A stretch of 64,000 nt of DNA from Candidatus Latescibacterota bacterium (lineage in GTDB: Bacteria > Latescibacterota > UBA2968), in NCBI GenBank assembly GCA_965198115.1, contig OZ240241.1, positions 3,424,001-3,488,000 on the forward strand, in the 5' to 3' direction. The position numbers were made by a program, and so were the translations under genes. The notes under the pieces were generated by a model. That model was given only the letters and a program-made list of their open reading frames with translations, had not been told where the DNA came from and made no database searches. Shown here in pieces: positions 51,762-61,608 of this stretch (the stretch's first letter is position 1; every line of letters starts with the position of its first letter).

Positions 51762-53336
51762 TCACCGCCCCTGCATCACGGCCACGGGCAGAATCATCTC
51801 TTCCAGAGATATTCCTCCGTGCTGGAAACTGTTTGCGTATTGTCGCTGATACTCGTGGAACCGCGTGGGATACACGAAGTAATAGTCTTCCTTCGCGAAG
51901 ATGAAATTAGTTCCGACGCCGACGCTCGGGAGGCCATACGTGTCCGGGTCTTTCAAGTAGACGGCGTTTTTGACGTCGCACTTCAGACTCTTCCCGAACT
52001 TGTAACGCAGGTTAGTCGACGTGTCCCTGTTCCCACGGACCATCGTCGCCCGATTGCTCATCACACAACCGTGATCGGTCGTCAAAACGACGACGGAGTC
52101 GGTCGCCGCCAGACGTCTCAGCATCTCGAACAGGGACGAATGCGCGAACCAGGAACGCATTAGCGACCGGAACGCCGGCTCGTTCGGCGCCATCTCCTGC
52201 AGCAGTTCGGATTCGGACCGACCGTGGGTCAACATATCCAGAAAATTGTAGACGACCGACATCAGCGGGAAGGCTCTGTAGGCGTGGACCTTCTTCACCA
52301 TATGATTGCCCTCGGCGATGTCGAGCACTTTTACATAGCGTGTCTCCAGTTTGAGCGTCGGATCGATCTCTTCGAGTTGTCGGTCGAGAAGCTGGTGTTC
52401 GTGCCGGTTCCGGCTTTGGTCATCGTCTCGCGGCGTCTTCCATTCATCGGGGTAAAGTTTGGCGATGTCGCACGGGAACAACCCGCCAAAAATTGCGTTC
52501 CGCGAGTAAGGCGTCGCCGTCGGCAGAATCGAGTAATGGTAGTGCTGCTCCACGTGGAACAGCTCGTTCAACATCGGCAGGATCGCCATATAGTGATCGA
52601 GCCTCAGACAGTCCAGGACGACGAAGAACACCTGCCGACCCTCCAGCAGCCGTGGCGCGACGAACTCCGACACGATGTCCACTGAAAGAAGCGGGGAATC
52701 CTCCTCGTCTTGGATCCACCGCCCGTAGTGCGCCTCCACGAACCGACCAAATTCGTGGTTGCAGGTCCGGCGAAGATCTTCTTGCATCTTCAGCAGGCCG
52801 GGATCGAAGAACCGCTCCAGTTCGAGATCCCACTCAGAACACCGGACGTGAATGTCGATCCAGTCCTGCCACGACGCAGCTTCACGGACCTGGTCTCGAA
52901 TGCGGTTGGCCGCAGCCACGAAATCCTGACCCATCCTGTCTTTCATGATCTGCCGGGCATCGAGGAGTTTCTTGCAGGCCATCAGGATCTGACTCGGGTT
53001 CACGGGTTTCGTCAAATAGTCGTCGATACGCTGGCCGAGTGCCTGTTCCATCAACCGCTCTTCTTCGTTCTTCGTGATCATAATCACCGGAATGTGCGGG
53101 TTGATGTCCTTGATGGCCGTGAGCGTCGACAGACCATCCCGCCCCGGCATCATTTCGTCGAGCAGAACCACGTCGGCACCCTGTTTCTGCACGTGCGTAA
53201 TGGCATCGTCACCGTTCGTCACGGGTTCGACGTCGTAGCCACGCTCTTTCAAGAAGATGATGTGTGGACGCAGCAGATCGATCTCGTCGTCCGCCCACAG
53301 GATCCGCTTGGCATCTGTTTCAACTGTCGTCGTCAT
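51762..53336 (-). CDS. PorX-like response regulator (REC + PglZ domain)
   Basis: WADDEIDLLRPH, LDEMMPG, DCLRLD, PTATPYSRNAIF, TDHG, FQHGGISLEEM. Confidence 0.9.
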   Translation of the reverse strand: MTTTVETDAKRILWADDEIDLLRPHIIFLKERGYDVEPVTNGDDAITHVQKQGADVVLLDEMMPGRDGLSTLTAIKDINPHIPVIMITKNEEERLMEQALGQRIDDYLTKPVNPSQILMACKKLLDARQIMKDRMGQDFVAAANRIRDQVREAASWQDWIDIHVRCSEWDLELERFFDPGLLKMQEDLRRTCNHEFGRFVEAHYGRWIQDEEDSPLLSVDIVSEFVAPRLLEGRQVFFVVLDCLRLDHYMAILPMLNELFHVEQHYHYSILPTATPYSRNAIFGGLFPCDIAKLYPDEWKTPRDDDQSRNRHEHQLLDRQLEEIDPTLKLETRYVKVLDIAEGNHMVKKVHAYRAFPLMSVVYNFLDMLTHGRSESELLQEMAPNEPAFRSLMRSWFAHSSLFEMLRRLAATDSVVVLTTDHGCVMSNRATMVRGNRDTSTNLRYKFGKSLKCDVKNAVYLKDPDTYGLPSVGVGTNFIFAKEDYYFVYPTRFHEYQRQYANSFQHGGISLEEMILPVAVMQGR

Positions 53337-53380
53337 CCTCGCTACCTTTCCATACTCGATGCTCGTGGTTCCTCGATGGC

Positions 53381-54694
53381 TTACGCTTCGGCCTTCGGCG
53401 TCGGTAGACAGATGAGGAACGTCGTCCCCTTGCCCGGCGCGCTTTCCTCGATCGTGATCCGACCGTTGTGGTAATCTTCGACAATTCGCTTGACAAAGGC
53501 GAGCCCGAGCCCCCACCCGCGCTTCCTCGTGCTGTAACCGGGGATGAACACCTGCTTCAGAGCGTTGGGGGCAATACCCTTACCGTTGTCTTTCACCGTC
53601 ATATCGACCCACTCTCCCTCTTCCCGCACCTTCGTCGTCACCTCGATACGGCCGCCCGGGCGACCTTCGATCGCGTCGGCCGCGTTCTTGAACAGATTCT
53701 CCATCGCCCAGCCGAGCAGCTCACGATTCATGGGCACCGACGGCGTCGGACCCGGCAGATATTCGAACGTCACCTCGCTCGGCAGCCGGCGTTTCAGATA
53801 CGCCTCTGTTTCCGTCACCACGTCCCCGAGTTTTCCCATCCGGAGCTCTGGAATCGAGCCAATCTGACTGAACCGCGAAGCGATCTTGTTCAGCCGGCTC
53901 GTATCCTGTTCCATCTCGACGGTGATCTGCTCCAGACGTTCGACCAACTTCTGCTCTCCGTCCTCTTCCGCCGTCTGGATCTGGGCCTTGAGCAACTCGG
54001 TCCACCCCGACAGCGATGAAAGGGGGGTACCGAGCTGATGCGCCGTTTCCCGAGCCATTCCGACCCAGATCGATCGTTGCTCACTGTTCTTGATGTGACG
54101 GAACCCGGCGTATCCCACGCCGATGAACAACCCGGTCGCGGCCAGGGCGAGCCACGGAAGCCAGTAGAGACGGCTGACGAGCGACGAGTCGCCGTAGTGG
54201 AGGATGCGGTCGCCGATGTAGGGAATCGTCATCCGCAGAGGAGGATTCTGAAGGTCGAGTCGACTGACCGTCGACCGTACGCGCTGAAGCGTCTCTTCGG
54301 TCGGATCGTCGGGCGGAATGTCGATCCCCTTCCAGTACTGGGGAATCCCCTCAGTGTCTGTGATGACGACCGGAAACTCACTGTCCTTGATCATCTCGAA
54401 GATCGTCGTTAAATCGGCGCCCGAATCGGCCACGACGATCGTGTCCTGCGTCGCCAGTTTGTAGCTGAAGGCATAGAACTCGATCATCTGCCGGGCCACC
54501 TGTCGGGCAGGTCGCACCACGAAGACCTGCGTGTAGATGAGGAAGGCCAGGATCAGAACGACCGCCGACAGGAAAAAGTAGGCTCCGAACCGCCTGCTGT
54601 TCGAGACGACGACGGACCAGAGGTCTACGCTTCGTTTGCCGGGCCTGGATTCGGCAGGCCGGCGTGCGATCGTGGGTGCGACGGTGTCAGCCAT
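53381..54694 (-). CDS. Membrane sensor histidine kinase
   Basis: Two TM helices; ETAHQLGTPLSSL, ENLFKNAADA, DNGKG, GWGLGL. Confidence 0.93.
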   Translation of the reverse strand: MADTVAPTIARRPAESRPGKRSVDLWSVVVSNSRRFGAYFFLSAVVLILAFLIYTQVFVVRPARQVARQMIEFYAFSYKLATQDTIVVADSGADLTTIFEMIKDSEFPVVITDTEGIPQYWKGIDIPPDDPTEETLQRVRSTVSRLDLQNPPLRMTIPYIGDRILHYGDSSLVSRLYWLPWLALAATGLFIGVGYAGFRHIKNSEQRSIWVGMARETAHQLGTPLSSLSGWTELLKAQIQTAEEDGEQKLVERLEQITVEMEQDTSRLNKIASRFSQIGSIPELRMGKLGDVVTETEAYLKRRLPSEVTFEYLPGPTPSVPMNRELLGWAMENLFKNAADAIEGRPGGRIEVTTKVREEGEWVDMTVKDNGKGIAPNALKQVFIPGYSTRKRGWGLGLAFVKRIVEDYHNGRITIEESAPGKGTTFLICLPTPKAEA

Positions 54695-54703
54695 AAGGAT
54701 CAC

Positions 54704-55717
54704 TCATTGTGACTCATCGGTCGTGAGTTGGACCGGCCGGGGCGCTTTGGTCGCCGCATCATCGGCCTGTGGGGGGGTGGCCGCCCGGCATTCATCGGCG
54801 AATCCGGAGCGAACCAGCACGAGCCCTCCGAGAAAGACGGCGAACCACAGCGTGCAGGTGCGGATCAGAAAGGTCGCGGCCACAGCGCCTTCGAGCCCCA
54901 CACCGTGCAGGCCGAGCAGGGCGGTCATGCTAGCCTCGGTCGTCCCGAGACCGCCGGGAAGAAAAGTGACTGCGCCAAAGATCGTTGCAAACGAATAGAT
55001 AAACGTGCTCGAAACAACGCCGATGTCGTAGCCGAACCCGAGGAGGATGACGTAGAGTCCTACACACTCCGCAAACCAGGCAGCCACGGCGAGACCCAGG
55101 GCTTGCACGAACGCCGCAGGTGAGAGCAGCAGACGCGCACCCTCGTGAGCCTGAGCAAGGGGCTCAGCGAGACGTCCGAAAGCCGGCAGCCGGCTGATCA
55201 CGCCGATAAGACTCTTAAGAGCGCCTGGCCAAAAAACGAGCAGGAGCAAGGCAACTGAACCGGCCATCGCGACGGCCAGCGTGAGCGCACCTTCCCGGAA
55301 CGAGAGAATCCCGATCAGGCTCAGGAGTGTCAGTCCGACGAAGTCCGTCAGCCGCTCGGCAAAGACGACGGAGGAGGTCGTGCCGACCGGAGTACCCGTG
55401 CGCTCGTGAATCAAGACCGCTTTCATCAACTCGCCCGCCTTCCCGGGCGTCACGGACAGCACGAGCCCAGACAAGAAAACGCGCAAACTGTCTGTCCGTT
55501 CCACCTCGATGGAGAGACGGTTCAGGTAACCCTCCCATCGACAGAACCGGAGGCCGTAGTTCGTGAGGGCGAGCCCGAGCGCGAGGGGGACTACGATCCA
55601 ATCGAATCGGGCAAGGGCCCCTAACAGGCGGTCGTCATCAAGATAGACCGAAAAGCCCAGAAAAACGAGGGCTCCGAGCCCAATTGATAAGTAAATCTTC
55701 TTGTAGATAGATGTCAA
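54704..55717 (-). CDS. Lysylphosphatidylglycerol synthase TM / flippase-like protein
   Basis: TPGKAGE, ERLTD, PGGLGTTE; multiple TM helices. Confidence 0.85.
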   Translation of the reverse strand: MTSIYKKIYLSIGLGALVFLGFSVYLDDDRLLGALARFDWIVVPLALGLALTNYGLRFCRWEGYLNRLSIEVERTDSLRVFLSGLVLSVTPGKAGELMKAVLIHERTGTPVGTTSSVVFAERLTDFVGLTLLSLIGILSFREGALTLAVAMAGSVALLLLVFWPGALKSLIGVISRLPAFGRLAEPLAQAHEGARLLLSPAAFVQALGLAVAAWFAECVGLYVILLGFGYDIGVVSSTFIYSFATIFGAVTFLPGGLGTTEASMTALLGLHGVGLEGAVAATFLIRTCTLWFAVFLGGLVLVRSGFADECRAATPPQADDAATKAPRPVQLTTDESQ

Positions 55718-55830
55718 AATTAGCCTTCGTGTTGTCCAGTCCGCTCCTCAGTGGCGAGTGGTCTCACCTCCGTAGGTACCCACGAGGGTCTTCCCCCCGC
55801 GGGCGTATAAATTTTGAATAAATCACATAT

Positions 55831-55902
55831 TATCAATAATTTATACACTATTCAAAAACTCCTCAATATTCGTTTGCACATCCACACCCATTCATCTATG
55901 TT
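55831..55902 (+). promoter_or_regulatory. IHF-consensus site and sigma70-type promoter upstream of rpsU
   Basis: TATCAATAATTTA (55831-43); TTGCAC-17 nt-TATGTT (55874-55902). Confidence 0.45.
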
Positions 55903-56040
55903 TATACAACTTATGCGAAACCTTGTTGATATTGTGCGGCAAGGAATTCGTCAACCAATACTAAGAAAGTTGGTCTGTCCTGTCAGGGGATTCTCTCCCC
56001 CGGCGGGCAAAATCCCAGTGGAAAGGAGGGATGCCCGGTT

Positions 56041-56235
56041 ATGCCCGGTGTCCTCGTGAGAGACGACGAACCGTTCGAGCGCGCGCTCAAGCGGTTCAAA
56101 AAGACCTGCGAAAAGGCAGGCATCATTTCCGACATGAAGAAGCATCAGCACTTCGAAAAGCCCAGCGAGCGGAGGAAGCGCAAGCTGAATGCGGCCAAAC
56201 GCAAGCGAATGAAGCTGGACTCGAGTCGATACTAA
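56041..56235 (+). CDS. rpsU: 30S ribosomal protein S21
   Basis: [23 protein letters not shown]. Confidence 0.95.
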   Translation: MPGVLVRDDEPFERALKRFKKTCEKAGIISDMKKHQHFEKPSERRKRKLNAAKRKRMKLDSSRY

Positions 56236-56255
56236 TTTCATTATAGGATCGATCC

Positions 56256-56290
56256 GCCGCACCAATCTCACGGTTGGTGCGGTTTTTCTT
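56256..56290 (+). terminator. Intrinsic terminator after rpsU
   Basis: GCCGCACCAAT / GTTGGTGCGGT stem followed by TTTTCTT. Confidence 0.75.
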
Positions 56291-56336
56291 TGTGTTGCGG
56301 CCGACGCTCGGCCCGCGATTGACTATATTTTGAGCC

Positions 56337-56960
56337 GTGAACGTCAACCTACTCGATGCTATTTTGGGAGTCGGACTCGCCTGGGCAGCGTTTCGTGGCT
56401 GGCAGACGGGAATGGTCAGGAGTTTGATCGGTTTGGCCGGTCTTCTTCTGGCCTATTTCGCAGCCTTTTACTACGGTGAGGCCGCGGGGTCCCTGTTCGA
56501 GGACGGCACGCTCGCTGCGGTCGCCGGTATCGTTCTCGTGTTCGCGCTCGTCCTCGTCGTTTTCTACCTCATCGGGCGAATGGCGCAGGCCTTCCTGAAC
56601 GCCACGCCGCTCGGCATCGTCGATACCCTTTTTGGCGGCCTGCTCGGAGTAGGCAAAGCGGTCCTGGTGTTCGGCCTCCTTCTGATTCTGGCACAGAACG
56701 AACCGCTCCACAGCCGAATACACGGCCTTGTAGAAAATTCCGCGCTGGCCGGCCCCATTCAGAAGTCGTCGCTCGTCCTGATCGACCAGATCCTCGTCAT
56801 CGCCCCCGACGTCGAACGCTTCCTCGACGAAGCCGCCATCCGACTGCCCGGAGAGCACCCCCCGGTTGTCGAGACGCTAGAAACAGGCACGGGAAAATTC
56901 ACGGAGAAGATCGGCGAAATTGTCAACGAGTCGAAAAAGCGCCTGGAAGCGGGTAAGTGA
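56337..56960 (+). CDS. cvpA: CvpA family membrane protein
   Basis: NLLDAIL..RGWQTG, DTLFGGLLG; directly upstream of mutS2. Confidence 0.85.
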   Translation: MNVNLLDAILGVGLAWAAFRGWQTGMVRSLIGLAGLLLAYFAAFYYGEAAGSLFEDGTLAAVAGIVLVFALVLVVFYLIGRMAQAFLNATPLGIVDTLFGGLLGVGKAVLVFGLLLILAQNEPLHSRIHGLVENSALAGPIQKSSLVLIDQILVIAPDVERFLDEAAIRLPGEHPPVVETLETGTGKFTEKIGEIVNESKKRLEAGK

Positions 56961-59326
56961 ACGTCTCCGACGAAACCGCCCTCACGCTCGAATACACCAA
57001 GGTTGTCGACAGCATCAGCGAGCGGACGGCGTCAAAACTGGGCAAGGAGATCGTCCAGTCGACACGCCCGGCCGAGGACCCCCACCAAATCGAAAGTCGT
57101 CTTCGCCCCGTCCTCGAGACGATGGACCTCATCGCCTTCGACGACCCCCTGACGGCCTTTCACGTTCCCGACATTCGAAGGTCCCTGGAGTCAACGGCAA
57201 CGCCCGGCACCGTACTCGAGATTCGAGAACTGCTCGACATCGGTCACGTCCTGAATGCCAGCGAACGAGTACGGGCTTACGTCGGAAAGCGGAAATCAAA
57301 ATACCCCCACCTCCACGACCTGACCGACCAGCTGACGACCCATCCCGAACTGGTCAAGGAGCTCGATCGGGTGCTCGATCCGTCGACCGAATCGGTTCGC
57401 GACAACGCGAGCCCCGAATTGCGCCGGCTCAGACGCAACATCGAGCAAGTACGCGACACGATTCGAGACCAGGCCGACGCCGTACTGCAACGTCTACCCG
57501 ACACAGTCGTCCAGGACCGTCTGCTCACGATCAGGAATGGCCGTTACGTCATTCCCGTCCGCGAGAGCCAAAAGGGGCGCGTCGAGGGCATCGTGCACGA
57601 CCAGTCCGCAACCGGGCAGACGGTCTTCATCGAGCCGATGGTCGCGGTCCAAAGCAGCAACCGGCTGCGTCAACTCGAGCTGGCGGAACGGCAGGAAGTC
57701 TTGCGCATTCTCCGCCGTCTGGCCGAGGCCATCGCCGACATCCGCGACGACATCGGCGGGAACCTGGGCATCCTCGGACAGTTCGACGCGATCTATGCCA
57801 AGGCCAGCTACGCACGAGACGTCGACGCGACCGAACCTCTGTTCAACGACGAAGGTCTGTTCCGACTGAACGGCGCCCGCCATCCGATCCTTTTCCAACG
57901 AATGCGCCTGACCGACCACGAAGGCGATGTCGTTCCCCTGGACCTCCTGCTGGGCACCGAGTCCTACTGGACCCTGATCCTCACCGGACCCAACGCGGGG
58001 GGAAAGACCGTCGCCCTCAAAACCATCGGTCTGCTCGCCCTGATGGCCCACGCCGGCCTTCCGATTCCAGCTCAACCCAGGTCCGAAATCCCCAGGCTGT
58101 CCGGCGTCTTTGCCGATATCGGCGACCTTCAATCGATCGAGAACGACCTGAGCACCTTCTCATCCCACGCCGCCAACCTCGCCCGCGTATGCAAGGAGGC
58201 CGACGGCCGGTCTCTCGTGTTGCTCGACGAAATCGGAGCGAGCACCGACCCCGACCAGGGCTCGGCCCTCGCAGTCGCCCTGTTGACGGAGCTCACGGCC
58301 CGCGGCGCCCGAACGGTCGCGACGACGCACCACGGTACGCTCAAAGCCTTCGCCCACGAAACGGACGGTATCGAGAACGGGTCGATGGCCTTCGACGCCC
58401 AGACCTTGCAGCCGACTTTCACCCTCCGACTTCAGGTGCCGGGCAGCAGCTACGCGTTCGAAATCGCACGACGGTTCGGACTTCCCGACGCGATCGTCGA
58501 CGAGGCCCAGAAGCTCGCCGGCGAGGAGGTGGGAAGGGTCGAAACCTTGATCCAGAAGCTCGACGATACCCATCGAACCTATCAGGTGCAGCTCGAAGCC
58601 GTGGAGAAGGAACGTCGGGAGATCGCCGCAACCAGGACGGACTACGATCAGCGTCTGGAACAGATCCGGCAACGAGAGCGCGACCTTCGGCGGAATGCGC
58701 AGGAAGAAGCCAGACAGATTCTGAACGACGCCAACGCCCTGATCGAACGGACCGTCCAGGAAATCCGCCAGTCGAAGGCGGAGACGAAAGCGATACGCGA
58801 GGCGCACAGGGCTGTCGGGGATGCCCGCGCGAGTCTAGACCGTCGTATCCGGCGTGCCGAACCGCAACGCCCACCCGTCCAAGCGTCCGCCGGCGATATC
58901 GTCTTCATCCCGCGCCTCAATCAAACCGGTAGGGTCCTCTCCGAAGGATCGAGACTGATGGTCGAGGTCGGGGCCCTCAAAGTCGAAGTCTCCCCACGCG
59001 AAATCGAGATTCGGGAGAGGAAACCCGAGTCGGTCGTCGACGCGCGAGAAGCCGTCAAAGCCACCCGCGATCGCGACGTCGATCTCGACGTCGACCTGCG
59101 CGGTTTGACCTTCGACGAGGCGGCAGACGTCGTCGATCGCTACATCGACGACTTGATGCTGGCCGGAATGGAGCGAGCGGCCATCATCCACGGCAAGGGC
59201 ACGGGAGCGCTCCGCCAGAAAATCGGGGACTACCTTCGCAACGACCCGCGCATCAAGAGCCAGCGTCTCGGCCATCACGACGAAGGCGGCAGCGGTGTCA
59301 CCGTTGTGGAGTTGGAGGTCGATTAG
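56957..59326 (+). CDS. mutS2: Endonuclease MutS2
   Basis: HDQSATGQTVFIEP, TGPNAGGKT, LSTFSSH, LLDEIG; Smr domain IIHGKGTGAL. Confidence 0.96.
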   Translation: MNVSDETALTLEYTKVVDSISERTASKLGKEIVQSTRPAEDPHQIESRLRPVLETMDLIAFDDPLTAFHVPDIRRSLESTATPGTVLEIRELLDIGHVLNASERVRAYVGKRKSKYPHLHDLTDQLTTHPELVKELDRVLDPSTESVRDNASPELRRLRRNIEQVRDTIRDQADAVLQRLPDTVVQDRLLTIRNGRYVIPVRESQKGRVEGIVHDQSATGQTVFIEPMVAVQSSNRLRQLELAERQEVLRILRRLAEAIADIRDDIGGNLGILGQFDAIYAKASYARDVDATEPLFNDEGLFRLNGARHPILFQRMRLTDHEGDVVPLDLLLGTESYWTLILTGPNAGGKTVALKTIGLLALMAHAGLPIPAQPRSEIPRLSGVFADIGDLQSIENDLSTFSSHAANLARVCKEADGRSLVLLDEIGASTDPDQGSALAVALLTELTARGARTVATTHHGTLKAFAHETDGIENGSMAFDAQTLQPTFTLRLQVPGSSYAFEIARRFGLPDAIVDEAQKLAGEEVGRVETLIQKLDDTHRTYQVQLEAVEKERREIAATRTDYDQRLEQIRQRERDLRRNAQEEARQILNDANALIERTVQEIRQSKAETKAIREAHRAVGDARASLDRRIRRAEPQRPPVQASAGDIVFIPRLNQTGRVLSEGSRLMVEVGALKVEVSPREIEIRERKPESVVDAREAVKATRDRDVDLDVDLRGLTFDEAADVVDRYIDDLMLAGMERAAIIHGKGTGALRQKIGDYLRNDPRIKSQRLGHHDEGGSGVTVVELEVD

Positions 59327-59344
59327 TCTGGCGGCTAATCGACC

Positions 59345-59447
59345 GGTGTCCGGTGTTCAGAATTCAGGACATCGCACTCACCGAAGACCGGTCCAGTTGC
59401 GTCTGTCCTGCGTTTTGGTTTTCCCTGAACACCGAACAATGAACACT
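59345..59447. repeat. Inverted 7-mer repeat arms
   Basis: GGTGTCC GGTGTTC AGAATTC AGG ... CCT GAACACC GAACAAT GAACACT. Confidence 0.65.
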
Positions 59448-59479
59448 CGCTTTTACGCGGCCGGGGGCCGCACAAACTG

Positions 59480-61411
59480 ATGCTCATCGACGAACTGACC
59501 CAACCTCGCTACTGCGAATCGCTGACCGAATACCGGCGTCTCCCGACGCGTGTCGTCGACATCGGCGGTGTTCCTCTCGGAGGTCACCATCCGATCCGCG
59601 TCCAGTCGATGACCACGACCGACTCGATGGATACGGTCGCGACAGTCGAACAGTCTATCAGGATCATCGAAGCTGGAGCAGACTACGTCCGCATTACTGC
59701 GCCCAGCCAGAACGAAGCACGCAACCTGGAATCGATCAAAAACGAACTCCGCAGGCGCGGCTATACCGCTCCCCTCGTCGCAGACATTCACTTTACACCG
59801 AACGCCGCCGAAATCGCCGCCCGAATCGTCGAAAAAGTTCGCGTCAACCCGGGGAATTACGCCGACAAGAAACGGTTCGACATCCGCGAGTACACCGACG
59901 CCGAGTACGACGCCGAATTAGCTCGTATCCGAGAACGGTTCAGCCCGCTCGTCGAGATCTGCAAGCAGCACGGCACGGCGATGCGCATCGGCACGAACCA
60001 CGGGTCGTTGTCCGACCGGATCATGAACCGATATGGCGACACGCCGTTGGGAATGGTCGAGTCTGCGCTCGAGTTCACCCGCATCTGTCGGGACCTCGAC
60101 TATCACGACATCGTGTTCTCGATGAAGGCCAGCAACCCGCAGGTGATGGTCCAGGCCTACCGGCTGCTCGTCGATCGAATGGGCGCGGAACAAATGGATT
60201 ACCCGCTACACCTCGGCGTCACCGAGGCGGGCGACGGCGAAGACGGCCGTATCAAATCCGCCGTCGGCATCGGCACGCTTCTAGAAGACGGTCTTGGGGA
60301 CACGATCAGAGTCTCCCTCACCGAAGAACCCGAGGCCGAAGTCCCTGTCTGCATCAGTCTGCTGCGACGATACGCGCACCGAGCCGACCACGCCCCGATC
60401 GAACCCGTACCGTCGAGTCCGATCGATCCTTTCGTCTACACGCGCCGTGCGAGCCACAACGTCGACCGCGTCGGCCGCGACACGCCCCCGGTCGTCATCG
60501 CCTCCGTCGACACGACGGACGATCCCGCGCACCTCGCCCCGTTCGGCTACGACTACGACCCTGCCCTCGACAAATGGAACATCGGCGATATGGCCGTCGA
60601 CTACGTGTATCTTGGCGATCGCGACGTAGCCTATGAGCTACCGGGCACGCTCGGCAAGCTTCTGAACGCGCAGGCCTGGTCGAGCCTCCCGAACACGTCC
60701 AACGCATACCCGATACAGAGCCTGTCCGACTATCTCGATTCAGGGGCCCTAACGGACCGATGTCACTTCATCGCTTGTCACGCCGCCGACCTGGACGACG
60801 TGGCGATTCGTGCGCTCGCGAGCGATCGGGCTTCCATACTCGTCCTGGAAACGCACAACACCCACGCGATGCCGGAACTCCGACGCGCCTTCATTCAGCT
60901 GATCGAAGCCGCGGCCGATCTACCGGTCGTCATCAGGCGCCGCTACGACACCCCCGAGGATCGGTTGATGCTCGACGCGGCAAGCGACCTGGGTGGTCTC
61001 CTCATCGACGGCCTTGGTGACGGAGTCTGGATCGAATCCGACTCTGTTTCCTCCCATCTCGTCAACCGCACGGCCTTCGGCACGCTTCAGGCGACCCGTA
61101 CGCGGATCTCCAAGACGGAATACATCTCCTGCCCATCGTGTGGTCGCACGCTGTTCGACCTCGTCGAAACGACCGCGATGATTCGGGAGCGGACGAGCCA
61201 CCTCAAGGGCCTCAAGATCGGCATTATGGGGTGCATCGTGAACGGTCCCGGCGAAATGGCCGACGCGGACTACGGCTACGTCGGCTCCGGTCCCGGTCAA
61301 ATCACGCTTTACCGAGGCCAGGAGATCGTCAAGCGAAACATTCCGACAGCGGATGCGCTCGAGGAAATGATCGACCTCATACGTGGCGACGGCCGATGGA
61401 TGGAAGCTTGA
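59480..61411 (+). CDS. ispG: HMBPP synthase IspG, long form
   Basis: IRVQSMT, ADIHF, RVNPGN, HLGVTEAG, CPSCGR, MGCIVNGPGE; central insertion domain. Confidence 0.96.
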   Translation: MLIDELTQPRYCESLTEYRRLPTRVVDIGGVPLGGHHPIRVQSMTTTDSMDTVATVEQSIRIIEAGADYVRITAPSQNEARNLESIKNELRRRGYTAPLVADIHFTPNAAEIAARIVEKVRVNPGNYADKKRFDIREYTDAEYDAELARIRERFSPLVEICKQHGTAMRIGTNHGSLSDRIMNRYGDTPLGMVESALEFTRICRDLDYHDIVFSMKASNPQVMVQAYRLLVDRMGAEQMDYPLHLGVTEAGDGEDGRIKSAVGIGTLLEDGLGDTIRVSLTEEPEAEVPVCISLLRRYAHRADHAPIEPVPSSPIDPFVYTRRASHNVDRVGRDTPPVVIASVDTTDDPAHLAPFGYDYDPALDKWNIGDMAVDYVYLGDRDVAYELPGTLGKLLNAQAWSSLPNTSNAYPIQSLSDYLDSGALTDRCHFIACHAADLDDVAIRALASDRASILVLETHNTHAMPELRRAFIQLIEAAADLPVVIRRRYDTPEDRLMLDAASDLGGLLIDGLGDGVWIESDSVSSHLVNRTAFGTLQATRTRISKTEYISCPSCGRTLFDLVETTAMIRERTSHLKGLKIGIMGCIVNGPGEMADADYGYVGSGPGQITLYRGQEIVKRNIPTADALEEMIDLIRGDGRWMEA

Positions 61412-61415
61412 GACC

Positions 61416-61559
61416 ATTAGGGAATTGGGAAATTAGGAAATTACCGTATTGAAAATCGGTGCGTGTGTGTCTTTAACGCGAGCTGGCAGTGGGGGCAGGA
61501 AATGGCTACCTTCCTTACCAACAATTCCTCGATTCCCTAATTTCAAATATTTCCTAATT
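61416..61559. repeat. Inverted 8-mer repeat arms
   Basis: ATTAGGGA ATTGGGAA ATTAGGAA ... TTCCTCGA TTCCCTAA TTTCAAAT ATTTCCTAATT. Confidence 0.65.
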
Positions 61560-61608
61560 CGCCTCTCCTCTTCCGCTCGACATCTCTCCCCGGGGATGGT
61601 TTTCCCTC

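Noticed and set aside
51762-53336. PglZ domain as BREX anti-phage defence
   Set aside because: Fused to a REC domain in the PorX/tsaE context; no brx or pglX genes
55805-55960. AT-rich tract with TTATACACT/TTATACAAC as a replication origin
   Set aside because: Only imperfect DnaA-box-like matches and no dnaA/dnaN context; explained by divergent promoters
59345-61559. Intergenic repeats as CRISPR arrays
   Set aside because: Units are 7-8 nt and degenerate, with no spacers and no cas genes
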